A DNA stretch of 64,000 nt. It comes from a virus. A model generated the notes under the pieces. The model was given only the letters and a program-made list of their open reading frames with translations, was not told where the DNA came from and made no database searches. Made by a program: the position numbers and the translations under genes. The DNA lies in IMG/VR virus record IMGVR_UViG_3300033142_001406, positions 4,138-68,137 of that record; one strand, given 5' to 3'. Positions within the stretch are counted from its first letter, which is position 1. Every line of letters begins with the position of its first letter. This document shows positions 18,832 through 29,704 of the stretch, one piece after another.

Positions 18832-19986
18832 ATGGCATACGAAGGAACAAGCTACGGACATATTACTCCTCGGACGGCAGCATACGTAAGTAAAGAATTA
18901 CTTAAGCGTGGGATGCCCTTTCTCGTTTTTGAACGATTTGGACAAGCAAAGCCTATCCCCAAGAACAGCACTCAAAGTATTAAATTTAGACGATATTTCC
19001 TTGAATCGGCTGATATTTTTGCACTTGATACCACTACCCCGTCAGTAACCGACGGAGTGGCCTCTGGTCCGGGTCTTGTTACAGAGCAGGACGACGGCAC
19101 TATAGACTATACTCCTTTCGAGTATTTTGACGGAACTAATAACCCCTTTAGGGTTAATACCAAAGTCTTGGCGGAAGGTACAACTCCTTCCAGCTCAAAA
19201 CTGGCTTCTGAAGATATCAGTAAATCCCTTGTTCAGTACGGGGATTGGGTGCAACTGACTGATATGATTGCAGATACTCACGAAGATCCCGTTCTCCAAG
19301 AAATAATTTCTGTACTTGGTGAGCAGGCGGCGTTAGTAATCGAGAGAACCCGATACAACGATTTGGTTTTGGGAACAAACGCTTTCTATTCCGGCGGGAC
19401 AAGCACTGTCACGGTAGATAGTATATACGACCTCAACCTTCAGAGAAGGGCTGTAAGAAGGTTGAAGAAAAACTTAGCTAGGCAGATCACTTCTGTAGTC
19501 AAGAGTACAACCAGCTACGGAACGCAACCGATCGCTCCCAGTTTTATCTGCGTTGTCCACCCAGATATGGAGTCAGACCTGCGTAGTCTGGGTAATTTTG
19601 TACCCGCAGAGGCTTACGGATCTACTACCCCACTTGAGGGTGAGCTTGGTAAGTGCGAGGAGGTTAGATTTATCGTTTCTACGATTGTCCAGCCCCTTGC
19701 AGACGAAGGAAAGGACGCGCCAACGGGAGTACTTTTAAACGGTACAGCGGCGATGGTATACCCCGCACTACTGTTCGCCAAGGATGCCTATGCGCTTATC
19801 TCCCTTAAAGGAAAGCACGCTATTACTCCGATGGTGCGTAACCCCAACAATCCTAGTAGTTCCGATCCTTTGGGACAGCGTGGCTTCGTTTCTTGGAAAA
19901 CCACTACTGGCGGCGCTCTCATTCTGAATCCGGCGTGGATGGTACGCCTTGAATGTGCCGTATCTGACCTTTTAGCGGCAGAGTAA
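18832..19986 (+). CDS. Major capsid protein, N4-gp56 family
   Basis: YGHITPRTAAY...ERFGQAKPIPKN...IKFRRY; QYGDWVQLTD; SDPLGQRGFVSWK. Confidence 0.9.
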   Translation: MAYEGTSYGHITPRTAAYVSKELLKRGMPFLVFERFGQAKPIPKNSTQSIKFRRYFLESADIFALDTTTPSVTDGVASGPGLVTEQDDGTIDYTPFEYFDGTNNPFRVNTKVLAEGTTPSSSKLASEDISKSLVQYGDWVQLTDMIADTHEDPVLQEIISVLGEQAALVIERTRYNDLVLGTNAFYSGGTSTVTVDSIYDLNLQRRAVRRLKKNLARQITSVVKSTTSYGTQPIAPSFICVVHPDMESDLRSLGNFVPAEAYGSTTPLEGELGKCEEVRFIVSTIVQPLADEGKDAPTGVLLNGTAAMVYPALLFAKDAYALISLKGKHAITPMVRNPNNPSSSDPLGQRGFVSWKTTTGGALILNPAWMVRLECAVSDLLAAE

Positions 19987-19996
19987 TAATTAACGA

Positions 19997-20022
19997 GGCG
20001 GGGGATTCCTCCCCCGCTTTTT
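19997..20022 (+). terminator. Intrinsic terminator after the capsid gene
   Basis: GCGGGGGA-TTCC-TCCCCCGC followed by TTTTT. Confidence 0.8.
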
Positions 20023-20117
20023 AGTACTACCCCAAATACTTTATTTTTAACTGCTATAAATACTTTACTTTATACTTTACTATTAAACCATATAATACTT
20101 TACTATAAGGAACTAAA

Positions 20118-20753
20118 TTGGAAAAAGAACAACAAAACTTACCTTCACTAAAATCTTTGTACTGGAGATCGTCCAACGATCAGATTAAAGAACTGTCAGA
20201 ATACAGAGAGATAGAAAACGTAGAGGATGCCTCCCGGCAGGATATAATCGAAGCCCTTTTAAAGTGGGACGAAGATAACGAGGAGCTGGCCGGAAAGGGA
20301 ATCTCAGTAACGGAAGACGGTGAAGCGTATATCGATATTGACTTTATCCCGGAGATGGACCGGGACTTGGCTGAAGAGATCGAAGCGGTTGGTATTGACC
20401 CAGAAGACGTTATTGAATTTGAAGCAGCTCCAAAGCCGTCAAAGATCAATATTCCGATCACTCGCGCCAAGGGCGTGAGGCTTAAGTCCTCGAAACCAAA
20501 GGAAAAGAAGTTTTTCCGCGTCTTGTTCCACCGCCAAGAAGGGCAGACCAAGTATGTCTATCTGGGGTGCAACGACAGCGACGTATATCTCCCCAGAGAA
20601 CGTCCCTGCAAACTCCCTATTGAATTTTTGGGTGTGATCAGATCAGCAGCGGTTATCAGAACAGAGGAGCGGAGAAGACCAGACGGGAGGGTTGATCGAG
20701 TTGAGGTTAGAATCCCCTCTCTCTCTTACGAAATACTTCCAGATATAGATTAA
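20118..20753 (+). CDS. Conserved-looking phage hypothetical protein
   Basis: 211 aa, TTG start after AAGGA SD. Confidence 0.65.
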   Translation: MEKEQQNLPSLKSLYWRSSNDQIKELSEYREIENVEDASRQDIIEALLKWDEDNEELAGKGISVTEDGEAYIDIDFIPEMDRDLAEEIEAVGIDPEDVIEFEAAPKPSKINIPITRAKGVRLKSSKPKEKKFFRVLFHRQEGQTKYVYLGCNDSDVYLPRERPCKLPIEFLGVIRSAAVIRTEERRRPDGRVDRVEVRIPSLSYEILPDID

Positions 20754-20765
20754 AAAAGGAACAAT

Positions 20766-21416
20766 ATGGCAACAATAAACGACGTAATCACCCGCGTGAA
20801 GCTTATACTTCACGACGGTGCGTTAGTGCGTTGGGGGATAGACGAGCTTGTTCTGTGGGCGAACGATGCGCAACGCGAGATTGTTGTCCACCGGCCCGAA
20901 GCGTATATCAAAACTGAAGAAGTTACACTTCAAACTGGCCCTATCCAGTATGTCCCCACCGGGGGGACGCGCCTAATCGACGTAATATATAACACGGCGG
21001 GAACCGCCGTAAGCCTCGTAGAAAAGGGTTTTCTGACCACAGTGGATGCAAGCTGGGCGGTAGCCACGGCAGTAGCCGAAGGGATCATACACTATATGTA
21101 TGATCAGACCGATCCTCGGAAGTACTTCGTCTATCCGAACGCAACCGATTCAACCGCCGTCTGGATTTCTTATACTGCCATCCCAGCAATTATTGCTGTT
21201 GACGACGCAATAGTGCTGGATGAGTCGTATGTGAGTTGTATGGTAGATTACGTATTATTTAGGGCGTTTAGCAAGGATGCTGAAAGTGCGGGTAACGCCA
21301 CAAGATCAGTTAATCACCTCAACGCCTTTAACTCCCACCTCAATATCGCAAGTCAAAACGACGTAAAGACAAATCCTTACGTTATCGAGTCTCAAAAAAA
21401 AGCACTGAGTGAATAA
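20766..21416 (+). CDS. Head-tail adaptor / tail tubular-type protein
   Basis: RW..DELVLWANDAQREIV..RPEA; VDYVLFRAFSKDAE. Confidence 0.7.
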   Translation: MATINDVITRVKLILHDGALVRWGIDELVLWANDAQREIVVHRPEAYIKTEEVTLQTGPIQYVPTGGTRLIDVIYNTAGTAVSLVEKGFLTTVDASWAVATAVAEGIIHYMYDQTDPRKYFVYPNATDSTAVWISYTAIPAIIAVDDAIVLDESYVSCMVDYVLFRAFSKDAESAGNATRSVNHLNAFNSHLNIASQNDVKTNPYVIESQKKALSE

Positions 21417-22026
21417 TATGAGTATTGATATTAGTACCTTAACCCCTAAAGTGGCAACCGACGCTTACGGTTGCCCACACCCCTTACTTGTCAGAAAACT
21501 TGCCGAATCTCTCCAGACTTTTTGCCGACGATCCTACGTCTGGCGTTATTTTTCTCAACTATATTTCACACCCTCTGAAGATCTGTATGATATTGATATC
21601 CCAGCAGATACTCAACTGGTTGATATTCTCAAAGTACACACCGATAATTATATCCTTGTCCCCGATATCTCAGAAATCAGCGGAGTGGACGACGACAACG
21701 CCTCCAAACCAACGGGTACGCCAGTGGCGTACATCCGGATACCACCAAACCAGATTAAATTCACCCCAACACCAGTCAGCGTATATCCGGTAAATATCCA
21801 GTGTGTGCTGGCCCCAACCGGAAATATAGTCCCAGACTGGATTATTGACGCGTACGGATCTGCAATAATAGCAGGTGCTAAGTGGCTTTTACTCTCAATC
21901 CCGGAAACTCCTTGGTATCGGATCAAGCTTGCCGCTTATCACCAGAACGAATTCAGAAAAGCGCTCAATTCAGCCCGAGCTTCAAACATCCAATCTAACA
22001 GAGTACAGCCTTTCGAGAGGATCTAA
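21409..22026 (+). CDS. Second adaptor-type virion protein
   Basis: GCPHPL...FCRRSYVWR...AIIAGAKWLLLSIPETPW. Confidence 0.65.
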   Translation: MNNMSIDISTLTPKVATDAYGCPHPLLVRKLAESLQTFCRRSYVWRYFSQLYFTPSEDLYDIDIPADTQLVDILKVHTDNYILVPDISEISGVDDDNASKPTGTPVAYIRIPPNQIKFTPTPVSVYPVNIQCVLAPTGNIVPDWIIDAYGSAIIAGAKWLLLSIPETPWYRIKLAAYHQNEFRKALNSARASNIQSNRVQPFERI

Positions 22027-22030
22027 TAAT

Positions 22031-22381
22031 ATGGAACTCTTTAAACCCGTCTTCTACGACAAACTGACAAAAGAAGAAATAGAAACAATTACAAACGGTT
22101 GTGGTGCGGCTGGGGCTAAATTCGACTTCATCCCGGATTCTATTTACGGAATGCCTATATCTGAAGCTTGCGACTATCACGATATACTTTATCACTTCGG
22201 CGAAACCGAAGAGGATAAACGCCACGCCGACCTCTCCTTTCTCGCTAACCTATTGATATTAATAAATAGAAAGGGTGGGTTTTTAAAATACTTACGGCGT
22301 ATGCGGGCACTTGCTTATTATAACGCTGTTACTGACTTAGGGTCTAAAGCGTTTTGGGCCGGAAAGGAAAAGAAGAGTTGA
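22031..22381 (+). CDS. Phospholipase A2-like / DUF1353-like protein (start revised to ATG 22031)
   Basis: NGCG...ACDYHDILY...KRHADLSF motif. Confidence 0.6.
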   Translation: MELFKPVFYDKLTKEEIETITNGCGAAGAKFDFIPDSIYGMPISEACDYHDILYHFGETEEDKRHADLSFLANLLILINRKGGFLKYLRRMRALAYYNAVTDLGSKAFWAGKEKKS

Positions 22382-23961
22382 AGCTAATAATAAAGAACTT
22401 CGGCGGGATGATTCCAAAGACTGCTCCTCAACTTCTCCCCGCTAATAACGCAGAGTGGGCGCTGCACTGCGACCTTTCAGCAGGTTCTCTGCAAGGGTTC
22501 AAGAGTAGTACAACAGAGGTTCCAAGTATTGGTGGGGGTCTTAACACCGTTTATAAATACGGGGATACTTGGCTCAAGTGGCAGCAGGTTGTAAATATAA
22601 TAAACGCGCCTATTTACGGTACGGAAGATATTGTTTATTTTACGGGAAAAGACGAGCCTCAGATTTCCAAGACCGGGTTTATCCAAAACGGGACTTCTTA
22701 CACGCTGGGGGTACCAGCTCCACCCAACGCCCCGACCGTTGTAGTTTCCGACCCAGAGGGTGATCCTTTAGACGAATCGGTAACAGAAACAAGAGCTTAC
22801 GCTTTTACCCGCGTAGACGATTACGGGCAAGAATCAGCACCTTCTCCACTCTCAGCACCCGAAGATCTAATTGTTGGGCAGATTTGCACCTTGACTTTGG
22901 GCGGTAATTATACTGGGACATACCCAAACTCGGATAACTCGTATCTTCGAGTATACCGAACAGTTACAGGCACTTCCGGGACCAACCTACACTATATTGG
23001 CAAGACTGATTATTTAACAGATACTGAATTTATTGATACTGTACCAGCGACCGGGATAGCGGAAGTCTGTCCCTCTTACGGGTGGTTAGAGCCACCCACA
23101 GACCTTGAGGGTCTGGTGAGTATGCCTAACGGGATCGGGGTTGCCTACCACGGCAAAGAGATCTGTTTTTCAGTACCCTACCAATTACACGCGTGGCCGA
23201 TCGGTAATCGGCAGCGAGTGGACAGTGAGGTTGTCGGTTTGGGAGTTGTAGGAAATAGCGTATTTATTGCAACAAAAACAAATCCTTATATAATTACCGG
23301 GACAGACCCACAAAGTATGAGTGTGGAAAAAGTAGAGACAACTCACCCTTGCGTGAGCAAGCGGGGACTTGTCGATCTTGGATATACTATTGTCTATCCC
23401 TCCACTACCGGACTCGTCGCAGCAACTTACGGACAAATTCCCGAACTGGTAACGGAAGACTTCTTCTCTCCTAAAGAGTGGCAAGACCTTGACCCCGAAA
23501 GTATTGTTGCGTACCCCTTGGAGGGCGGCTATTTGTTTTTTACTTCTGGCCCAACTTACCTCTTTAAGCCTCGGGAAAAACAACTAATACAGATAAATAT
23601 ATACGGCAGTTGTGGGTATGTTGACCCCGAGACCGGGGAGTTTTATTTTATAAACTCGTCAAACCTCTTGAAGTGGAACGATGGTATAACCCCTTTTTAT
23701 ACTTGGGAATCTAAAACTTTTATCACCCCTAAACCAGTTAACTTCGGGTGTGGCTGTATTCACACGGGGGGAACGGGGTCGGTCAATCTGACTATCTACG
23801 CAGACGGGGATATCGTCCACGAAGCTTATATCACTAACTCCACTCCTTTTAGACTCCCATCCGGTTTTGTTGCCAGTGAATATAGGTTCAAGTTCTCGGG
23901 AAGCGCACCTATATATGAATTTCAAATCGCGAGTGAAATGAGCGAGTTAGCGACAATATGA
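22378..23961 (+). CDS. Tail nozzle / stabilisation protein
   Basis: NFGGMIPK..PQLLP; FSVPYQLHAWP; CVSKRGLVD; W.SKTF; FRLPSGF. Confidence 0.75.
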   Translation: MKLIIKNFGGMIPKTAPQLLPANNAEWALHCDLSAGSLQGFKSSTTEVPSIGGGLNTVYKYGDTWLKWQQVVNIINAPIYGTEDIVYFTGKDEPQISKTGFIQNGTSYTLGVPAPPNAPTVVVSDPEGDPLDESVTETRAYAFTRVDDYGQESAPSPLSAPEDLIVGQICTLTLGGNYTGTYPNSDNSYLRVYRTVTGTSGTNLHYIGKTDYLTDTEFIDTVPATGIAEVCPSYGWLEPPTDLEGLVSMPNGIGVAYHGKEICFSVPYQLHAWPIGNRQRVDSEVVGLGVVGNSVFIATKTNPYIITGTDPQSMSVEKVETTHPCVSKRGLVDLGYTIVYPSTTGLVAATYGQIPELVTEDFFSPKEWQDLDPESIVAYPLEGGYLFFTSGPTYLFKPREKQLIQINIYGSCGYVDPETGEFYFINSSNLLKWNDGITPFYTWESKTFITPKPVNFGCGCIHTGGTGSVNLTIYADGDIVHEAYITNSTPFRLPSGFVASEYRFKFSGSAPIYEFQIASEMSELATI

Positions 23962-26900
23962 CGACAAACCTCCCAAATATACCAACCACCCCGGTCTTAG
24001 CAGATCCAGCTCTAAAAAGCTGGATGAACGCAGTAAGAGAGATTATAGAAGTTTTCCGAGGACAGCGGGGGAACGAGCTTGATAGGGTTCTGACTTTAGG
24101 CGATATAAGCGGTCAATACAGAGACTTACTTGGGTTATACCGCAGCCAGAACGATATAGATTTCGACTATTATATCAGCAATCAGCCTTCCTTTTCAAAC
24201 CCAAACGGGACAATCGGAACGCCGACAGCGGTTACTAATTTCGAGGTTGTCGGCGGTTTTTCCAACATCTTCCTAAGCTGGGATCTCCCGGCGTACGTCG
24301 GGCACTCTCACTGCAAAATCTACAGATCGGAGACGAACGATTACTCAACGCGGCTTTTTATTGCTACCGCAGCCGGGGTTATTTTTGCCGACGCGGTGGA
24401 TGTAAATAAGCTTGCAACTATCGAAGATCCTTCGATTATCTATTATTACTGGATAACGGCAGTAAATATATTAGGCGTTGAAGGTCCAGTAAACAAGTCT
24501 GCCGGAACTCCCGGAGAAGCTGCCGTCGATCCGGCTTATATGTTGGAGTTGATCAGCGGCCAAATCAAAGCAACTGATTTATATACAGATCTTCGCTCCA
24601 GAATTGATTTGATTGATACGTCTGGAACTGGAATACTGGACCGGATTGCTACGATTGAGAGCGAGATGGACAGTCTTGCGGAGTTTACTGATAAGACCTA
24701 CGAACTAAACGATATAGTTATTTACGAAAGTAAAATCTATATTTGCACCCAAGCAATTACAGAAACACCAGCACCACTGCCAACCGATACGGATTATTGG
24801 GAAAAAGTGGGTGAATCAAGCAGTTTAGCGGGGGACGTATCAGCTAACGCTACCGCGATCGGCTTCTTAGACACTCGCGTAGAGACAAACGAAGGGCTGG
24901 TTGGGGCACACGCACAAGCACTCACAACAATAAACACACGATTAGACGACGAGACAACCGGGATTACAGCTACCGCAAGCGCAATCTCCCAGATGACCAC
25001 CGATATATCTGATAATACTGGAGATATATCTGATAACGCGAATATTCTGAGCGGCGTTGCAGTAACTGTTAATAACGAGTCAACGGGCGTAAACGCGACT
25101 GCCGCTGCCCTTTCTGAGTTGGAGGCTGAAATAACTGGTGGTGGTGGGTTAATTGAAGCAAGCGTGACTGACGCGGTAGAGATTTCAAAGGAGTACACCG
25201 AGGGATGGAGCGCTCAAGGCGCAACGAGTGATCTGACGCTTAAAACCACTGGGGATGTAGTAGCTATAGGGAACACAATTACAAAACCCACTGGGGGCTA
25301 TAGTTGGGGAGCGGGACAAGCATACAGCGTTGAAAGCTACGTTGGGAGTTGTCGGTTATCTTTTCGACCGACCCAGACAAACAAAGCTTATATGATTGGA
25401 CTTAATAACGATAACCCACCAGATGACGCACTCACAGAAGTTCACTACGGCTCAATAAATTACGCTTGGTACCCAAGTAGTAGTGGTATCGCCAATATTT
25501 ACGAGTCGCAATCATCCAAAGGATCGTATGGGACATACACAGCAGATTCACTTTTTGAAATTATTTACGACGGTGCAACCGTCAAATATTATCTTGACGG
25601 CGACTTAAAAAGGGACAGAACGGCTATACCAGATCTTCGGCTGTATGTAGATTCTGATATACAAGCCGAGGGTGCGGTAATCAACAGTATCACCTTCGGA
25701 CCTTACCACCGACCAGACGCGGTTACAGATACGGCAATCGCAAGCGCCGTTACAACACTTAATACGACAATCGACACAAACAAACAAGGGACAGACGCAA
25801 CAGCGACAAGTTTAACCACTCTGACTGGCCGCGTCGGAACCGCAGAAGGGCTTATATCCACCAACAACACCGCTATTGTTGAGTCTGGGGGGTTAATCGA
25901 CTTAAGTGCTTCCGAGACACTGCAAGCGTCAATAGATCACACCGAGGGGTGGTCTGCCGAGGGCGCAACTGTCAACAGATCAGACGCAGCTACAAACGAC
26001 GTTGTAACTGCTGCGGTAGAAGTCGAAGCAGGCTTGAGGATAGAAGAAACCGGGGATCTGTTTGCAAAGTATACAGTCAAAGTTGACGATGGAGACCGTG
26101 TTTCGGGGTTTGGGCTTGCTTCAGAACCGAACGAAGCTGGTGGTCAAACATCCAGTTTTATTGTGAATTCTGACTACTTTGGGATTGACCACCCCAACAA
26201 CACCGAGGACGAAGTGATACCGTTTTCTGTAGTTGACGGGAAGGTTTATATTCAGTCTGCGTTGATCGAGAATGGAACAATCACCAGCGCTAAGATAGGC
26301 TCCGGCGTATTTGACGAGGTATACGCCCAAGTTGCTAATATAGCTACGATAAACGCAAGCGAAATTATAGTAGGCGCGACGAACCAGTACGTTAACGACC
26401 AATCATCTCTTTTGCCGAACCACAATTTTGAGATGGTGGATTCTGATAACGCACCGCTTGGTTTGAAGCACGTATATATTCCTAAAGCGTCTAACGGCGC
26501 GGGAGTTTACGACACAAATTTAAAAGCACTCCACCTTAACAACCCTTATATTATATCTGCTTTTCCAGCAATTAAAATAGATAGCAATTTAACGTATAAA
26601 ATAGAATTAACTGCGTGGGCACCCGTAACCTCTTCCGGTTTTTATTTTCGGGCTAACGAATTAGACGGGGATCTGCCAGAAAATATAACCCACGTTGGTT
26701 ATAATAATAGCCCAACAGAGGGGTGTGTTATTTGCACTAGGGAGATTCTAATATTTAATAACCTGCAACTTACTCCCACACACCAGTTATTAACAGCCGA
26801 GTACACACCAACCTCCACCGCCCGCTGGGTTAGCTTTACAATTTGGCGTTGGGAGGGGTCCGATCAGTACGTCCAAAGGGTTGTTATTAATCTAAATCTT

Positions 26901-27956
26901 AATCCAACAACGACGCTTAACGCTAATCAACAGTGGAACGACGTATCTGGATCTGGGATACCAGCGGATGACGCCACCAACGACGCGGATTTACGTCACA
27001 CCAGCGATCTGACGACGATAAACGGCGGTAAAATCTTCGCCGGATCTGAGATCACTGTCGGTGAGGGTGGAAAAATGGTTGTCGGTGATAAAAACATAAT
27101 TATAGATTCAGCGGATGTCGGGGGGTCGCAGGGTAGAATAATTATTGCGCCAGATGGCGGGCCAGACACCAACGATTACTGTGAAATTACAGACGCGAAA
27201 CTCACCTATAATTATTATAACGGGGCTACACACACACAATATAACGCGATAAGAAGATTTGAAGTAGTCGAGGGGGCAACGTCTGGTCAGTATACAGCAA
27301 TACCGGGGCTTTGGAGGGTTATACCAAGAGTAGTGGCTTCGTTGGCGAGTGTGGGGGTGTATGAAGTAGCATATAAGGAGTTCTCCCAATCAGTACGTTG
27401 CTACGTCGAAGATATTAGACTGCAATCTGGAAAGACGACGGAGTATGAAGCAAAGCCAATATTGGAGTTAAATATTGCTGGGGGTGTTGTTCCAGCAGCT
27501 ACTCCAGTAGACAAAATTGCAAACCCCAACACCACCTCTGCTTTTAATTATTACACAGCGGCAACAGTGCTCCAAGCTGATTTAGATATCTCGAAAATCA
27601 CAATATCGGTTGGTGTTCTAGTTGAATACCAAAGAACAGACACTTGGTATCACGACGGTGACGTGTATTATTCAACCTCACACTTCCCCATTCCAGTGAC
27701 AATTTACTTGCAGGGGCTTATAGGTGGATCTTGGGCTTCGCTGGCAAACGCCACTCAAGACGCGACGGGCGTAATCACGCACAATATGACCGGGGGGAGC
27801 GTATCGTCTATCACCCAATACCGGGTCAGAGTGTACAAGTCATCCAGTGATTACTGCAATACCGTCCATATTACTACCAACTCGGCGATGGTGACAGCCG
27901 ATGATATGGTTGCGTTATCAAGTGGGGATGTGACTCTCACGGCGATCGGCGAATAA
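23958..27956 (+). CDS. Tail fibre / host-specificity protein
   Basis: FN3-like segment, CBM-like motif (YELNDIVIY...DYWEK), coiled coils, DUF1983-like AKYTVKVD...PFSVVDGKVYIQSALI. Confidence 0.75.
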   Translation: MTTNLPNIPTTPVLADPALKSWMNAVREIIEVFRGQRGNELDRVLTLGDISGQYRDLLGLYRSQNDIDFDYYISNQPSFSNPNGTIGTPTAVTNFEVVGGFSNIFLSWDLPAYVGHSHCKIYRSETNDYSTRLFIATAAGVIFADAVDVNKLATIEDPSIIYYYWITAVNILGVEGPVNKSAGTPGEAAVDPAYMLELISGQIKATDLYTDLRSRIDLIDTSGTGILDRIATIESEMDSLAEFTDKTYELNDIVIYESKIYICTQAITETPAPLPTDTDYWEKVGESSSLAGDVSANATAIGFLDTRVETNEGLVGAHAQALTTINTRLDDETTGITATASAISQMTTDISDNTGDISDNANILSGVAVTVNNESTGVNATAAALSELEAEITGGGGLIEASVTDAVEISKEYTEGWSAQGATSDLTLKTTGDVVAIGNTITKPTGGYSWGAGQAYSVESYVGSCRLSFRPTQTNKAYMIGLNNDNPPDDALTEVHYGSINYAWYPSSSGIANIYESQSSKGSYGTYTADSLFEIIYDGATVKYYLDGDLKRDRTAIPDLRLYVDSDIQAEGAVINSITFGPYHRPDAVTDTAIASAVTTLNTTIDTNKQGTDATATSLTTLTGRVGTAEGLISTNNTAIVESGGLIDLSASETLQASIDHTEGWSAEGATVNRSDAATNDVVTAAVEVEAGLRIEETGDLFAKYTVKVDDGDRVSGFGLASEPNEAGGQTSSFIVNSDYFGIDHPNNTEDEVIPFSVVDGKVYIQSALIENGTITSAKIGSGVFDEVYAQVANIATINASEIIVGATNQYVNDQSSLLPNHNFEMVDSDNAPLGLKHVYIPKASNGAGVYDTNLKALHLNNPYIISAFPAIKIDSNLTYKIELTAWAPVTSSGFYFRANELDGDLPENITHVGYNNSPTEGCVICTREILIFNNLQLTPTHQLLTAEYTPTSTARWVSFTIWRWEGSDQYVQRVVINLNLNPTTTLNANQQWNDVSGSGIPADDATNDADLRHTSDLTTINGGKIFAGSEITVGEGGKMVVGDKNIIIDSADVGGSQGRIIIAPDGGPDTNDYCEITDAKLTYNYYNGATHTQYNAIRRFEVVEGATSGQYTAIPGLWRVIPRVVASLASVGVYEVAYKEFSQSVRCYVEDIRLQSGKTTEYEAKPILELNIAGGVVPAATPVDKIANPNTTSAFNYYTAATVLQADLDISKITISVGVLVEYQRTDTWYHDGDVYYSTSHFPIPVTIYLQGLIGGSWASLANATQDATGVITHNMTGGSVSSITQYRVRVYKSSSDYCNTVHITTNSAMVTADDMVALSSGDVTLTAIGE

Positions 27957-28012
27957 ATTAAACACAACGAATATTGTCTCGCGGTCAAAGCGAGATTTGC
28001 AAAGGAGTAAAT

Positions 28013-29245
28013 ATGGGCGGGGACTTTGATTCAGAACGAAACGACGGTGGGGACAGCGCAAACGACCACGAAAGTGACGCCAACGGCGGGAGTGACCGTA
28101 ACACTGGTGGAACTGGGCAAAACGCCGGGAATAACCCTTACAACGACGCGTCGGTTCCGGGGGGTGTTTTAGACTACAACAACGCGATACGCGGTCTGGA
28201 GAACTTCGACAACTCGACCACGGGGCTTGAAGACAGCAACAGTGACGGCACTCTGAACTACAACAACGCGACGGAAGGTCTGGAAGGGGTACCCGAAGCT
28301 CCCCCCGAAATCACTGACGCCGATATAAAAGAACTGATAGAGATGGCGGGCGAACAAGCTAAGACCCAGTTTGGCTGGAAAGACGCTATTGGCGGTTTGT
28401 TGGGACTCTTGGGGGGAATCCCCGGAATAATTGCGGCGGGGACTGCGGCAACAGTAAAAGCAATACAGCGACAAGCCGAAATCAAGGCTGGATTTATAGA
28501 AAACGCGCAAGAGTTTGGAATGACTGAAGAAGAAGCCATCCAAGCTTACGAAGATAGGGCGAATAGTCAAGGGGGTTACTCCGACAGGGAAGGCAACGGC
28601 AACGGTACTTACGAACCTTCCGGGCAAGCCGGGGGTGACGGTAACAGCGGGATATCTAACGGAATTTATAACTCTTCCGAAGCTCTTGTAGACAGCCAGA
28701 GCAGCACCGATCCTACGGATCTGGAGTCGCTGGCGATGGAACAGTGGGAATATTACAAGAGTACTTACCTTCCCTTTGTTAAAGATTTTGCAGCAGAACT
28801 TACAACCGACTCCGCTGGTAAGCGGGAGCAAGTTAAAAACACCGCAGCAGCAGACGTTTACTCGAATCTTGATACAATACAAAGTGGTAAAAAGTCCTCA
28901 CTTTTTAACGGGGGAATAAACCCCAATTCCGGCAACTACAAATCAGAGATGGCCAGCGTAGCTTCGACGCGAGGACTGACGGCTGGCACCGCTATAGCGG
29001 GTGCTAATCAATCTGTAGATAAAGATTTAGCAGACGGCTCTATCCTCGCTTCTAATATGTCCAGAGGAATCAAATCAGACGCTTTAGAAGGACTTAGTTC
29101 GTCGGCCTACAGCGGCCTATTAAACGATGGCTTAAAGTCGGAAGTAGATAGCTATATTGAACAACAGAATATGGCGGCGATGGGCAACCTCGCCGGGGTT
29201 GGTGTGGGATTAATAACAGATACTTGGGAGAAAAAGAAAGATTAA
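28013..29245 (+). CDS. Putative internal virion (ejection) protein
   Basis: AAGGAG SD before ATG 28013; Gly/Asn/Asp-rich with glycine-rich hydrophobic helices; GINPNSG. Confidence 0.6.
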   Translation: MGGDFDSERNDGGDSANDHESDANGGSDRNTGGTGQNAGNNPYNDASVPGGVLDYNNAIRGLENFDNSTTGLEDSNSDGTLNYNNATEGLEGVPEAPPEITDADIKELIEMAGEQAKTQFGWKDAIGGLLGLLGGIPGIIAAGTAATVKAIQRQAEIKAGFIENAQEFGMTEEEAIQAYEDRANSQGGYSDREGNGNGTYEPSGQAGGDGNSGISNGIYNSSEALVDSQSSTDPTDLESLAMEQWEYYKSTYLPFVKDFAAELTTDSAGKREQVKNTAAADVYSNLDTIQSGKKSSLFNGGINPNSGNYKSEMASVASTRGLTAGTAIAGANQSVDKDLADGSILASNMSRGIKSDALEGLSSSAYSGLLNDGLKSEVDSYIEQQNMAAMGNLAGVGVGLITDTWEKKKD

Positions 29246-29699
29246 CCTAATACCGTATATCAACTTAAAAGATAACGAATTCAGAGACTTACTAAAGCAA
29301 ATCGAAACAGACGGAACACTCGAAGACGTTTGCGTACCCAGTATCGAATCCCTTTATACAATCCTCACACACCCAACCCACCGCACTTTTATTGTCGAGC
29401 ACAACGACGAGTATAAAGGAATTATATTACTCGAAAATATAAAGGGCCACCGCGCCCAAATCCACTTTGTAACGTTTAAAAAATACTGGGGAACCGATCT
29501 CTCAGAAGTGGGACGGGCTGTAACTGCCCAACTTCTAACGGTATTTAAAGTGGTATACGGGATCATACCTATCAAACCACACTTAATCAAGTATGCCTTA
29601 TCAGTAGGTATGAAGTATGTGGGAACTCTCCCTTTTTATTTTGACACTTCAGAGGGGCTTATCTACGAAATACACCGTAAAAACAAAATAGAGGAATAA
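29241..29699 (+). CDS. GNAT-like protein (start extended; probable ATT start)
   Basis: Frame open from 29217; ...FIVEHNDEYKGILLLENIKGHRAQIHFVTFKKYWG...SVGMKYVGTLP. Confidence 0.6.
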   Translation: MNLIPYINLKDNEFRDLLKQIETDGTLEDVCVPSIESLYTILTHPTHRTFIVEHNDEYKGIILLENIKGHRAQIHFVTFKKYWGTDLSEVGRAVTAQLLTVFKVVYGIIPIKPHLIKYALSVGMKYVGTLPFYFDTSEGLIYEIHRKNKIEE

Positions 29700-29704
29700 A
29701 TAAT

